Positions 8,545 through 18,333 of a stretch of DNA of 64,000 bases are shown piece after piece. The stretch lies in assembly GCA_030765625.1 (NCBI GenBank), contig JAVCCF010000109.1, forward strand, positions 34,991 to 98,990, written 5' to 3'. This DNA comes from Candidatus Tenebribacter burtonii (GTDB taxonomy: Bacteria > Cloacimonadota > Cloacimonadia > Cloacimonadales > TCS61). The notes beneath the pieces are model-generated. The model worked only from the letters and a program-made list of their open reading frames with translations, was not told the origin of the DNA and did not search any database. Made by a program: the position numbers and the translations under genes. Numbering within the stretch: the stretch's first letter is position 1; each line of letters starts with the position of its first letter.

Positions 8545-9454
8545 TTGAGATATTATTCTTCTTATTTACTTCTCTATTGCGGTTGATAATCAATTCCCCC
8601 AGAAGACCAATCGAGAAGAATTGTAATCCAATTATCATTAAAAGAGTTCCCAGATACAGGAGTGGACGATTATATAATGCTATTCCAAATCCCAGCTTCA
8701 TAATCGAGAGATAGACGGCAATAATGAAACCAACAATACCAAATCCAAAACCGATTCTTCCAAATAAATAGAGAGGACTGTGGATATATCCGGTTACAAG
8801 TTTTACGGTGAGTAAATCAAGGAATCCACGTAAATATCGTTCTGAACCGTACTTGGTTTTTCCAAATTCTCTTTTACGGTGATGAATTGGAATCTCAGCA
8901 ATTTTAAATCCTAAAGAATAAGCTAAAGCTGGAATGTAACGATGCATTTCACCATAAATATCAAGTTCTTGTATGACCTCTTTTCGATATGCTTTAAACC
9001 CGCAATTGTAGTCATGCAATTTTAATTTAAATGTACTGGAAGTCACTTTATTATAAAGTTTAGAAGGCCAAGTTTTGGAGATCGGATCGTGGCGTTTTAC
9101 TTTCCAGCCCGTAACCATATCATATCCTTCTTCCAATTTTTTAATAAATTGCGGAATTTCTTTTGGATCATCCTGAAGGTCTGCGTCCATCGTGAAAACA
9201 ATATCTCCTTTTGCAATTTCAAATCCTACATTTAAACCTGCTGATTTACCAAAGTTCTTCCTGAGTTTTATTAGTTTAATATTTTTATCTTCCGCTGCTA
9301 ATATTTGTAAAATTGTATGGCTGTCATCTGTACTACCATCATCAATAAAAATTATTTCATATTTATACTCTTTAATATTTTCTATGATTTCAGAATACAA
9401 TTGTTTTAAACTATCTTGTTCGTTAAAAACAGGTATCACAAATGATAATTTCAT
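8522..9454 (-). CDS. GT2 polyprenyl-phosphate glycosyltransferase (GtrB/ArnC/dolichyl-P-glucose-synthase-like)
   Basis: N-terminal GT-A motifs SFVIPVFNE, FIDDGSTDDS and DADLQD, plus two C-terminal TM helices. This is the architecture of lipid-phosphate sugar transferases. Confidence 0.8.
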   Translation of the reverse strand: MKLSFVIPVFNEQDSLKQLYSEIIENIKEYKYEIIFIDDGSTDDSHTILQILAAEDKNIKLIKLRKNFGKSAGLNVGFEIAKGDIVFTMDADLQDDPKEIPQFIKKLEEGYDMVTGWKVKRHDPISKTWPSKLYNKVTSSTFKLKLHDYNCGFKAYRKEVIQELDIYGEMHRYIPALAYSLGFKIAEIPIHHRKREFGKTKYGSERYLRGFLDLLTVKLVTGYIHSPLYLFGRIGFGFGIVGFIIAVYLSIMKLGFGIALYNRPLLYLGTLLMIIGLQFFSIGLLGELIINRNREVNKKNNISIAKKINL

Positions 9455-9487
9455 TTTTTCATCCTCACATTTTTATCTATTGATTCG

Positions 9488-10075
9488 TTAAAAGAACATA
9501 TTTACAAAACTCATTATTAACCCGGAAGCTATTGGGATTTTTATATTATCATCTAATGGAATTCTGGAAAATTCTGCAACTGTTGCAGTAAAAGCTCCTA
9601 CTAAAGCAACAACTGGATTTAAGAAGAGAAGTCCAAAAACAAAACATCCGGCAAAGCAAGCTAAACTTCCTTCCAAACTTTTATTGGTATTCAGTATTTT
9701 TCTTTTACCAAGCGGGATACCTACAAGTGCAGCCAAAGTATCTCCAATTGCTAAAAAAGCAAGGGATACAACAGCAATTTCCTTTGAAAAAAAGCCAATA
9801 CATAATACTGCTGAAATCATCAAATATGTTGCTCCCGTGAAATTATGGATTTCATGTTTTCGCAGTAAAAGACCAACTAAATTATAAAAGATACGCTTGA
9901 ATGTTTTATGCTCAAGTCTTGCTATATCAATAACCAGCGCAATAACAGTTAGTGGAATAAGGATCAGGAACATCATTTTCCGATTTTGAAAAATGAAGTA
10001 ATAAGAAAGGGGCAGCAATATCGAACTCACGTGAAATATTTTTCGAAATAATTCCTTCTTCTGTTTTTCTGTCAT
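9488..10075 (-). CDS. CTP-dependent polyprenol (dolichol/phytol) kinase-like membrane protein (COG0170 / CDS family)
   Basis: 195-aa polytopic membrane ORF with AIGDTLAALVGIPLGKRK...NKSLEGSLACFAG, which matches the GDxxAxxxG...K(S/T)xEGS motif of the dolichol/phytol kinase branch. Confidence 0.65.
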   Translation of the reverse strand: MTEKQKKELFRKIFHVSSILLPLSYYFIFQNRKMMFLILIPLTVIALVIDIARLEHKTFKRIFYNLVGLLLRKHEIHNFTGATYLMISAVLCIGFFSKEIAVVSLAFLAIGDTLAALVGIPLGKRKILNTNKSLEGSLACFAGCFVFGLLFLNPVVALVGAFTATVAEFSRIPLDDNIKIPIASGLIMSFVNMFF

Positions 10076-11265
10076 TTCAGTTTTATTTTACTCACAACAA
10101 ATGATTTTGCAACATCCAGCATCAATTTAGGATCTCCTTTTACGGCTTCCGTAAATAGAGCTTTTAAGCTGAATTTATCTGAAGGTATTTTTTTACAGAA
10201 ACCTACTAAATTATTAAATCTTTCATCTGTCATAAAGAGGAATTTTTCTTTCATTGAGTGCATAACTTTTTGTGTATTACCCAATATTTTATCCCATTCT
10301 TTGCGATATTTTTTCAAGAATTTTGCATCGAATCGTCCCTTTTTAACTGCTTCTGCAGCTACCTTCCCAGCAATACTTCCAGCTATCATTCCTTGTACAA
10401 TTCCACCACCGGTTATCGGATTTACCTGTCGTGCTGCATCTCCAACTATCATAAAATTATCTTTAACAATTTCTTTTAAAGTAGCTGAAGTTGGAACTCC
10501 ACCATACATGGTATAAGTAATTGTTGCATCGGGAAATTTCTTTGCCACGAACTCATCTAAGTATTCTTTGGGACCTTTTTTATGTGATAGATGCCCGGCA
10601 ATTCCAATTCCGACATTTGCTGTATTATTAGATTTCGGAAAGATCCAGACATATCCACCAGGTGAAACTTCATTTCCAAAATAGAATTCACATGTATCTT
10701 TTTTAATATCAAGGCCAGCAAGTGTATACTGTACACAAGTATCAATATCCCTGAGAGCTACTGTTGTATTTATTCCTGCCCATCTTCCCACACGGGATTC
10801 TGTGCCGTCAGCAGCAATAACTATATCACATTTTACTTCTCGTGTTTTTCCCATATAACGATATTCTACACCTGTAATTTTATTGTTTTCTTTTATTAGA
10901 TCAAGAGCATCTGCTTTTGTAATTAATCGTGCCCCATGTTTGGCAGCAAGCTCGCAAAGTGCAGTATCAAATATTCTTCTTTCCAGAACATAGCCAATTC
11001 CATTATTATGCATGAATGCACTTTCATTATTAGGAGAGGTAAGTTTTGCAATATCTATCTGCGATGCGATCCAGCGTTTATCAATATCAATAAATGGAAC
11101 AATGCCGTTATGGGAAACACCTTCCGCACAGCGTACGGGGATTCCCGGTTCTCTATCGCGTTCCAACATAAGAACAGAAGCACCGTTCTCTGCCGCAAAT
11201 CTGGCTGCAACGCTTCCCGCAGGTCCGGCTCCGATCACGACAATATCGTATCTATCTTTTACCAT
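10072..11265 (-). CDS. geranylgeranyl reductase family flavoprotein (archaeal GGR-like)
   Basis: N-terminal FAD fold YDIVVIGAGPAGSVAARFAAENGASVLMLER, RCAEG motif and GDAA motif (IVGDAARQVNPITGGG). Length 397 aa. A 4-nt overlap with the downstream gene indicates translational coupling. Confidence 0.85.
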   Translation of the reverse strand: MVKDRYDIVVIGAGPAGSVAARFAAENGASVLMLERDREPGIPVRCAEGVSHNGIVPFIDIDKRWIASQIDIAKLTSPNNESAFMHNNGIGYVLERRIFDTALCELAAKHGARLITKADALDLIKENNKITGVEYRYMGKTREVKCDIVIAADGTESRVGRWAGINTTVALRDIDTCVQYTLAGLDIKKDTCEFYFGNEVSPGGYVWIFPKSNNTANVGIGIAGHLSHKKGPKEYLDEFVAKKFPDATITYTMYGGVPTSATLKEIVKDNFMIVGDAARQVNPITGGGIVQGMIAGSIAGKVAAEAVKKGRFDAKFLKKYRKEWDKILGNTQKVMHSMKEKFLFMTDERFNNLVGFCKKIPSDKFSLKALFTEAVKGDPKLMLDVAKSFVVSKIKLK

Positions 11266-11450
11266 TATTCACCTTCCTCAATAGCTTTTGCAGGACACAC
11301 CTTTAAACAATTCATACAATTTGTGCATATATCGTTATCGATCTTAACTTTGAACTCTGTTACGGTAATCGCATCAACGGGGCATACTGCAACACAGGTT
11401 CCGCAAATATCGCATAATTCGGGTATAACTTTCATAAAATATTTCTCCAT
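11265..11450 (-). CDS. 2x[4Fe-4S] ferredoxin
   Basis: 61-aa ORF with two CxxCxxCxxxCP motifs (CDICGTCVAVCP and CTNCMNCLKVCP). Its stop overlaps the GGR start. Confidence 0.85.
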   Translation of the reverse strand: MEKYFMKVIPELCDICGTCVAVCPVDAITVTEFKVKIDNDICTNCMNCLKVCPAKAIEEGE

Positions 11451-13022
11451 TTATAAGATATAATTATTTTCTCGGTAATCAATAAATTTAAAAGATGAAT
11501 CTGTAAAAGTGAAGACGACATTATAGGACACCCCTTGTTTTATCTTATTCTCTAATTTCTTAAATTGTATTCTTTGAATATCTCGCTTAGGAAGGTAATC
11601 TAAAAGAAGAAATTTTGGTTCAGGGTTTCCCTGCCCGAAGGGTTGCAACAGACTATACTCCATTTTTATATATTCATTAAATTTATCCAGTTCTCTACTG
11701 TTGATTACAGCATCAATATCAATTCTTTTGTTATCTTCGATAGCTATTTGATTTTTATCAACATATTCTTCAAATTTTTTAATAAATTTTTCTACTTCAC
11801 TGCTTCTAACTTTAAATCCAGCAGCTTTTGCATGTCCACCATATTGTATAAGATATTCACGGCAATAAGTGAATGCATCAACCAGGTTAAAACCATTGGT
11901 TCCACGTGCTTCTCCAACTGCAATACCGTTTTTATTCTTGATGAAAACTACGGGAATTTTATATTTTTTTGTAATGAAAGAAGCTGAATAACCCAACAGC
12001 TCAAATGGTATTTGTTGATCAATATCTTTAAATATATAATAATTTCCCAGTGTTGGAGAAATTTTTGTTCGAATATAGTGACGAATATCATCGAGTTTAG
12101 CTTCTTGATTCTTTTGCAGGCTTTGCATTTCAGCAATGATAGCATCTTTTTCTTTATTGTGGGTTACTAACAATTTCATGCTTTTATGGTTACCATTTTT
12201 ACCTCTACCGTTAGAGAGTAATTTGATAATGTAATGAATATTATTCATCCTCTGAGAATAGTTGATCCCTGGCTCCAGATAAGGATTTAATTTATAAAGG
12301 GTATTATTATCAAATGTGTTCCAAGTATCCAGTACTTCCTTTACAAATATTCTATTTACATCCAACAATGGAACTTTATCTGAAATAGTGCCAACCGCAA
12401 CCCAAAATAGATAGTTTTTATCATCTGTTATTCCAGTTATTTCAGAAATTCTTTTTATTAGAAAATATACTACTCCAACACCTGCTATCATATCAAATGG
12501 AAATTTGCAATCGTTTTGCTTGGGATTAACAATCGCCATTGCTGGTGGCAAAAGACTCTCCAGAATAATATGATGATCTGTAACGATAACATCGCAACTA
12601 TTTTTCATGATCTTTGTAATTGCTTTATTTTCAGAGACACCACCATCAACCGTAATCACTAAATTGAATTTTTCCTCTTTTACTTTATCAATAAAATTCT
12701 GTTGAATTCCATGATTGTCTATCAATCTATTGGGGATGTAATAAAAATGATTTTGAGAACCTAATTTCTCCAAAAAGTCATATAAGATATATGTAGAGGT
12801 TATACCATCAACATCGTCATGTCCATAAATAATTATTTTCTCTTTATGATGAATTGCTTCAATTATTCTGTCAGCAGCGATATCGATATCTTTGAGCAGG
12901 ATAGGATCCGGCAAATCGGACATTGATGGGTAAATAAAGGAATTACTAATTCCCCTGTTCGCCTTTATCTGATCAAAGATAGAGTCTTTATCAGAATGTT
13001 TAAAACTCCACCTAAAGTTCAT
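11451..13022 (-). CDS. recJ: single-stranded-DNA-specific exonuclease RecJ (DHH/DHHA1)
   Basis: DHH motifs IIYGHDDVDGITS, VITVDGG and VIVTDHH, plus DHHA1 GGHAKAAGF. Confidence 0.8.
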   Translation of the reverse strand: MNFRWSFKHSDKDSIFDQIKANRGISNSFIYPSMSDLPDPILLKDIDIAADRIIEAIHHKEKIIIYGHDDVDGITSTYILYDFLEKLGSQNHFYYIPNRLIDNHGIQQNFIDKVKEEKFNLVITVDGGVSENKAITKIMKNSCDVIVTDHHIILESLLPPAMAIVNPKQNDCKFPFDMIAGVGVVYFLIKRISEITGITDDKNYLFWVAVGTISDKVPLLDVNRIFVKEVLDTWNTFDNNTLYKLNPYLEPGINYSQRMNNIHYIIKLLSNGRGKNGNHKSMKLLVTHNKEKDAIIAEMQSLQKNQEAKLDDIRHYIRTKISPTLGNYYIFKDIDQQIPFELLGYSASFITKKYKIPVVFIKNKNGIAVGEARGTNGFNLVDAFTYCREYLIQYGGHAKAAGFKVRSSEVEKFIKKFEEYVDKNQIAIEDNKRIDIDAVINSRELDKFNEYIKMEYSLLQPFGQGNPEPKFLLLDYLPKRDIQRIQFKKLENKIKQGVSYNVVFTFTDSSFKFIDYRENNYIL

Positions 13023-13029
13023 TTAGTTT

Positions 13030-14250
13030 CTACCTGTCTTTATCAGCTTTAGGAATTTCACGGTGTTCAATTCTTTTGTATCGTTTCTTGAAAATATCAA
13101 AACCGGTAATTCCTAATGAGAACATAACGGATTCGTCACTGAGTCCATGTTTGTCTACATCCCCACGAGTCGTATAATTAACTGCAAATTCAATTTTTTT
13201 ATTGGGAGATTTTAGAGGAATTGAAAAGCCAAAAGTTAGAGCTTTTTCAATTATCTTTTCATTGTTTACATCGAATGGAAGCTCACGATAATATCCACCG
13301 ATCCTTAATGGAATTTTCTCATACCATGAACCATAACCACTTAACGGATCGTATGCAAATCCCAAACCAAGCTTTAATGTATTCTTGTCGTAATTTTCTG
13401 TATCTTGCCATATTTGATAATATCCATCAAAAGAGGCTTTGTATTTTTCTAAAAATTTCCAGGTAATTCCACCTGATATTTGTACTGGAACCTCAAAATG
13501 AAAATCATCACTTAATGTATCAGCGTAGGGTGTATGAGCATATTTATAGGTTTCGCTTCCTTCCAATTTTACATAGGAAGAATAGACAATACCTAGAGAA
13601 ACTTTACTGATCTTTTTAGAAAGTCCAACTGTAAATCCGGGGTTTTTGTAAATTTTCTCAATCTCGTATTTTGCATCTTCGTAATCATCATTTTCAAAAT
13701 CACGATTCCAATACCTGATTCGATGACCAAGATAATAATTCATTGCAACCCCAATGTTTACAATAGAGCTTTTGTATGCATAAACCATATCAGCTTTATA
13801 AAGAGAAGTACTCAATCTGTTGATTTCGGAATATTGCAATGTATCTCCAAAACTTACAAAAGGATCACATTCAATTGTATTCTCAATATTCCCGGATGCA
13901 ATTGAATTAAAGCTAAAGGAAAATCTGTGTTTTTTTATTGGAATAGTCATTGTGAAATACGGCATATAAATGCCATCATCACGAAACTCATTATTATCAG
14001 AATCTTTGTACCACATATACCCAAGTGAAGTTGCAGTTGAAAATAATACATTATTCGTTGTAGTTGCAATTGACGGGTTGTGTAAGTTTGGATTTATACG
14101 GAATATATCTGCAGATCCTGTTTCACCCATACCCAAGCCATAAACATCATTTCCGTAATATTCCAGCGGCATTCCATCAAATGAAAAAATTGAATTACCA
14201 GCTAATAAAGCTGTAGTTAATAAGAATATCATTATTATTTTGTATTTCAT
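13030..14250 (-). CDS. putative outer-membrane beta-barrel protein
   Basis: Signal peptide MKYKIIMIFLLTTALLAG. Alternating aromatic/Gly-rich beta-strand pattern throughout. First gene of the minus-strand operon that runs down to 7144. Confidence 0.5.
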   Translation of the reverse strand: MKYKIIMIFLLTTALLAGNSIFSFDGMPLEYYGNDVYGLGMGETGSADIFRINPNLHNPSIATTTNNVLFSTATSLGYMWYKDSDNNEFRDDGIYMPYFTMTIPIKKHRFSFSFNSIASGNIENTIECDPFVSFGDTLQYSEINRLSTSLYKADMVYAYKSSIVNIGVAMNYYLGHRIRYWNRDFENDDYEDAKYEIEKIYKNPGFTVGLSKKISKVSLGIVYSSYVKLEGSETYKYAHTPYADTLSDDFHFEVPVQISGGITWKFLEKYKASFDGYYQIWQDTENYDKNTLKLGLGFAYDPLSGYGSWYEKIPLRIGGYYRELPFDVNNEKIIEKALTFGFSIPLKSPNKKIEFAVNYTTRGDVDKHGLSDESVMFSLGITGFDIFKKRYKRIEHREIPKADKDR

Positions 14251-14383
14251 TTATAACTCCTGATTTATATACATTATTTAACTATAACAAAAAAATTAAT
14301 ATTCTTTTCTTTGTCAATTTTAAGTTGGAATCTGAAGTATGAATTCGGGTAGATAAACAAAGATTATTTAAAATAAAAAAATG

Positions 14384-14484
14384 TGTCATCCTGAGTGCTG
14401 CGAAGCAGTGTATCGAAGGATGATAAGTAATTATAAAATTTTATAACACTTCGATACGAAACTTCGTTTCTACTCAGTGTGACA
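14384..14484. repeat. palindromic MITE/REP-like element (GTCATYCTGAG family)
   Basis: Nested inverted repeats: tgtcatcctgagt / actcagtgtgaca at the termini and gtatcgaag / cttcgatac inside. There are internal mini-hairpins ctgc-gaa-gcag and gaaac-ttc-gtttc. Confidence 0.8.
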
Positions 14485-14625
14485 ATTATACAATCAGATA
14501 TCGAATAAATCACTCAATTTGGTATGTAGTAGCACAAAATATTTGACAGGAAAATTGATTTTAAGAATTCTTTGGTCAAATTTATAAATGTAATTTTAAT
14601 TATTTATTTAAAATTAGGCGGAATT

Positions 14626-15336
14626 ATGAAATGTAAATACATTATTACTTTTGTTATTATTTCTATAATTTTTATTGGTGTATGTTGCTATGCTTTAAAT
14701 TTAGTACTCAAAACTTCTTTTAGTGATAACTCAAATATTGATAGAGCCATACAGATTGGTGTTATTCTTGCAGCAATTTACGCTTCAATTATTGCTTTAA
14801 TTACTGCAGCATCGGGATTGGACCCTAAACCAAAACAAATTAATAGTATAATCTCTGTTAAAGAAGCAGATGATGAAAAAATATATTACAAAAAAGATAT
14901 GTCAGATGAGGTAAAAAATTATTTTAAAGCCTATCCTGACAAAATATTTTCATATAAATTTCATTTCGTAGTCAAGAATGAATCGGATTTTGACCTAAAA
15001 AAACCTACAATTACAATTAGGATTCCATCTAATAGAAAATGTCCTTATAATAAAAAAAACTCATCCCAGCTTACAGAAAGAGTGATAACTACAAATTTAT
15101 ATGGTTACCCAAAAGACTTAAAAAAGCTGGATAGTGTAGAACATATTATACTATCGAATAATCTTCTACCATTTTTGAATAAAGGTGAACAGATACCTTT
15201 TTGGGTTCGCATGATTATTAATAATCAATTCCCAGAACAGATTAGTGTAAAAGTGTCATTAAATTCAGAAAATGCCGAGGGACTTACAGAAGAAGTAGTA
15301 ATTAATCCTAAAGAATTGATAAGTAACTCTAAATAG
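14626..15336 (+). CDS. hypothetical two-TM membrane protein
   Basis: ATG at 14626 follows aggcgg. Two N-terminal hydrophobic helices are followed by a soluble ~150-aa domain. No recognised motif. Confidence 0.5.
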   Translation: MKCKYIITFVIISIIFIGVCCYALNLVLKTSFSDNSNIDRAIQIGVILAAIYASIIALITAASGLDPKPKQINSIISVKEADDEKIYYKKDMSDEVKNYFKAYPDKIFSYKFHFVVKNESDFDLKKPTITIRIPSNRKCPYNKKNSSQLTERVITTNLYGYPKDLKKLDSVEHIILSNNLLPFLNKGEQIPFWVRMIINNQFPEQISVKVSLNSENAEGLTEEVVINPKELISNSK

Positions 15337-15374
15337 AATGCTTCCTCAGATAACAAGAGTGTTTCTGTTTAAGA

Positions 15375-16043
15375 ATGGAGAAAACTATGAGAAATTTAAT
15401 AGTTATTTTAATTGTATTTAGCTTGGTAATTCAAGTAATTGTAGCAGAGAATCCTGAGAGTAACAATAAAACTCCTGAGGTTGTAACCTATAATTTAATC
15501 AAAGAAAATAAGATTCCAATGATTAAGCGAAGCGTAGATATTAGAATTAACCGTCGTGTTTCAGAAGATGAACTTCGTGAAATCGCACTAATGATTAAAG
15601 CTAAAGATAAATCCCCATATGAGAGAACATTCATTTGCTATTATCTACCTAACTTGATTGTAGACGAAGGAGCTTGGGCAACAACGCATTTCAACCCAGA
15701 ACTTGAGATAAAAATATTAGGTGCAACTGAAAATGAATTAGCAATTTTGGGTGAAGTATCAACATCAGATATTGAGAGAGAAATAATAGGTATATGGTTG
15801 GATGAAAATATTCCAGCAAGGCTCGTTTTATTTAGAAAAAACGGTAAATCATTTATAGAAACGACATACAAAGACAGCAGCGTTGGTACATACGAGATGA
15901 TTGAAAAAAATACAAGTAGAGGACTTAGGTTTGATGATAAGAAAGGCTCTGCTTTCGGAGACCATTACCTTATAAACAAAAACGGAGAATTAGAACTTCG
16001 TGATGATGAAGGTTTAATTTACATAATCAACAAATCAGATTAA
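15375..16043 (+). CDS. hypothetical secreted protein
   Basis: Signal-like N-terminus MRNLIVILIVFSLVIQVIVAEN. No recognised motif. Confidence 0.5.
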   Translation: MEKTMRNLIVILIVFSLVIQVIVAENPESNNKTPEVVTYNLIKENKIPMIKRSVDIRINRRVSEDELREIALMIKAKDKSPYERTFICYYLPNLIVDEGAWATTHFNPELEIKILGATENELAILGEVSTSDIEREIIGIWLDENIPARLVLFRKNGKSFIETTYKDSSVGTYEMIEKNTSRGLRFDDKKGSAFGDHYLINKNGELELRDDEGLIYIINKSD

Positions 16044-16068
16044 ATTATAGATTTATAATGGAGGTGTT

Positions 16069-16446
16069 ATGCGCAAAAAAGATTGCTGGGATAAACTAAA
16101 AATTTTCATTTCCATTATTTCTTCCATTTTAATACCAATTCTTATAGCTGTTTATGGTTCTTCTATTAATGCAACATTACAAAAAAATGAAATTGCCGTA
16201 AGAAATGTTGAAATTAGTGTAAAATATATCGATATAGCAACAGATATTTTAAGTGATAAGCCTACAGAAGATAATATAGTATTAAGATATTGGGCAATTG
16301 AAATACTTAAAGAATATTCTCCAATTGTAATCACTCCTGAAATTGAACAACAAATGAAAGAGAATTCAATTTTTAAGAACTACCTTACAGGGGATGATGA
16401 TAATTTTTTAACAGATGATGCTGGCAATCGTCTTCAAGGAAATTGA
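16069..16446 (+). CDS. hypothetical single-TM protein
   Basis: 125-aa ORF preceded by ggaggt. One N-terminal TM helix (IFISIISSILIPILIAVY). No recognised motif. Confidence 0.45.
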   Translation: MRKKDCWDKLKIFISIISSILIPILIAVYGSSINATLQKNEIAVRNVEISVKYIDIATDILSDKPTEDNIVLRYWAIEILKEYSPIVITPEIEQQMKENSIFKNYLTGDDDNFLTDDAGNRLQGN

Positions 16447-16521
16447 ATGTAAAACTGGATTTTAAACGGAAAAACTTATTATTATTTTTGTTCGTTTTGT
16501 TTGTTTTGTTCGTTGCTAATC

Positions 16522-17301
16522 CTACTCCGCCACTACTATCACACCGGTTCCAATTTTGTTTTTGTTATAATAATCCAATAACATAAAACCAAAGGCAATG
16601 GGGTAAAAGAGAATATAATAAATTGGAAGAAATATCGCTAACATCTTAGATTTTGAGATCAAAGATAGTGGAATCTTTAGTGCCAGTTTCCAATATATTT
16701 GTCCAAATTTTCCATAAGAATATTCAAATGATCTAATTTTAAAACCTGCTCTATCCAACTTGGAACAGATATCTTCTCTGCTGTAACCCGGACGAACATG
16801 TTCCGCTGTAAATTTGGCAGATTCATCTAAATTACTGGGTGATGAAATTATCAGTTTTCCACCTTGTGTTAGCACCTTTCTAAAATTCTGTAGAACTTGC
16901 ACATCATCTTCAATGTGTTCCAGAATGTCGATTGCGATGATCAGATCAAAATTTTCTTTTGGAATGTAATCTACCAAATCTGCCTGTTGAATCGTGAATT
17001 TTTGCCAGCCAACTTTTTGTGCATAATTGGAAAATGAATCCATATAATCTGTCTTAATGTCAACAGCGTGAACTAATGCTTTTTTAAATTTGTTTAGAAT
17101 AAAGTAGGAGTACTGCCCAAATCCGGCACCAGCATCATAAAAGCGCAATGGGTTAATTACCGGAAAATACTTTTTGATCTCTCTTTTTACATACCACTGA
17201 CGCAATAATAACATATCTAAAAGTATATAAAACATCTTTCTGAAAACAGGAAATTTATCTATTGCTACTGCGAATTTATCTTTCACTTTATCATATTGCA
17301 T
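16522..17301 (-). CDS. class I SAM-dependent methyltransferase with C-terminal membrane anchor
   Basis: SAM motif I YDAGAGFGQYS, plus AVDI and the post-I/II motif DLIIAIDILEHIEDD. C-terminal hydrophobic helices. Confidence 0.7.
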   Translation of the reverse strand: MQYDKVKDKFAVAIDKFPVFRKMFYILLDMLLLRQWYVKREIKKYFPVINPLRFYDAGAGFGQYSYFILNKFKKALVHAVDIKTDYMDSFSNYAQKVGWQKFTIQQADLVDYIPKENFDLIIAIDILEHIEDDVQVLQNFRKVLTQGGKLIISSPSNLDESAKFTAEHVRPGYSREDICSKLDRAGFKIRSFEYSYGKFGQIYWKLALKIPLSLISKSKMLAIFLPIYYILFYPIAFGFMLLDYYNKNKIGTGVIVVAE

Positions 17302-18333
17302 TTACATAACACTCCTGCAAGCCCATAATCCACCTGCAATATTTATATCGGGTTTGGTAATTAAATATACCGGAAACTGAACAAGAAGTTGCTGCCGTAT
17401 CAGACAATTATGAAATTCCTTCATTAAATCACTTTGATGAATAAATTTTGCATTACTAATTGTGGATGCTCCGGATAGAAAAATTCCACCGTAAGGTTGT
17501 ATTGTCAATGCCATTACCTGAATAATTATTCCAACACATCTGTAATAAATATTGAGTGCTTCGATAGCATATTTATCACTTCCCTTTACTGCTGCTCTTG
17601 CAATTTCAGAAACATCTTTTTTGCTCCACTCAATCTTTTCTAATTGTAAAATTGCTTTGTAAGTTTTGCATAATCCTTTTCCTGAAACAAAATCTTCAAA
17701 ATTTAAGAAATTTTTTTTAGGTTTTTCAGAAAGAATAATACTAATTATTTCGGAATGCCTTTTATCTAATGGTGGAATCTGAATGTGCTGTATTTCTGAG
17801 GATAACACATCTTTTACTTTTTCGCCGGAATGCGTGGTAAACTCTATAATACTTGCAGTTCCAAATCCTGTTCCAGGTGCGATTACAAGTTTGTTATTTA
17901 TACGATTCTTGGCAGAAAAATCCGGCTTATACAGAATTTCACACTGATTAGATTTAATTTTATCTTTTTCTTCCATATCCAGAATACCATATCCTGCCAA
18001 CTCCATGTCATTAACCATGATCGTCTTTTCTTTTGGGAATCCCCACGCGATCAGATCCTCCAAAATAATTGTCGGCATATTTTTCCAATTTGTGATATTT
18101 ACTTTCCGATGATCTATTACTGCTCCAGCAAATCCAATTACACAACTAGTAGGAAAAATGCCGGAGTTAATATTATTCAATGAAGATTTAATGAAGTTTT
18201 TTAGTTCTTCTTTAGAACTTATTTTCTGCTTATATTCTTGAAAGGTGTAAACAATCTTTCCTTTCTCAATTATTTCTGCACGGAGGCGAGTATATGTTCC
18301 ACCTACATCAACTGCCAAATTAAATTTTTTCAT
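17302..18333 (-). CDS. glk: glucokinase (Glk family)
   Basis: LAVDVGGTYTRL phosphate-1 motif, VIAPGTGFGTA, and GGIFLSGA near the C-terminus. Collinear with E. coli-type Glk. Confidence 0.75.
   Translation of the reverse strand: MKKFNLAVDVGGTYTRLRAEIIEKGKIVYTFQEYKQKISSKEELKNFIKSSLNNINSGIFPTSCVIGFAGAVIDHRKVNITNWKNMPTIILEDLIAWGFPKEKTIMVNDMELAGYGILDMEEKDKIKSNQCEILYKPDFSAKNRINNKLVIAPGTGFGTASIIEFTTHSGEKVKDVLSSEIQHIQIPPLDKRHSEIISIILSEKPKKNFLNFEDFVSGKGLCKTYKAILQLEKIEWSKKDVSEIARAAVKGSDKYAIEALNIYYRCVGIIIQVMALTIQPYGGIFLSGASTISNAKFIHQSDLMKEFHNCLIRQQLLVQFPVYLITKPDINIAGGLWACRSVM

Noticed and set aside
16481-16507. (TTGTTCGTT)(TTGTTTGTT)(TTGTTCGTT) micro-repeat as a CRISPR-like or regulatory array
   Set aside because: There are only three contiguous 9-mers with no spacers. 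It is low-complexity T/G-rich sequence in a gene-end spacer and does not support a specific call.
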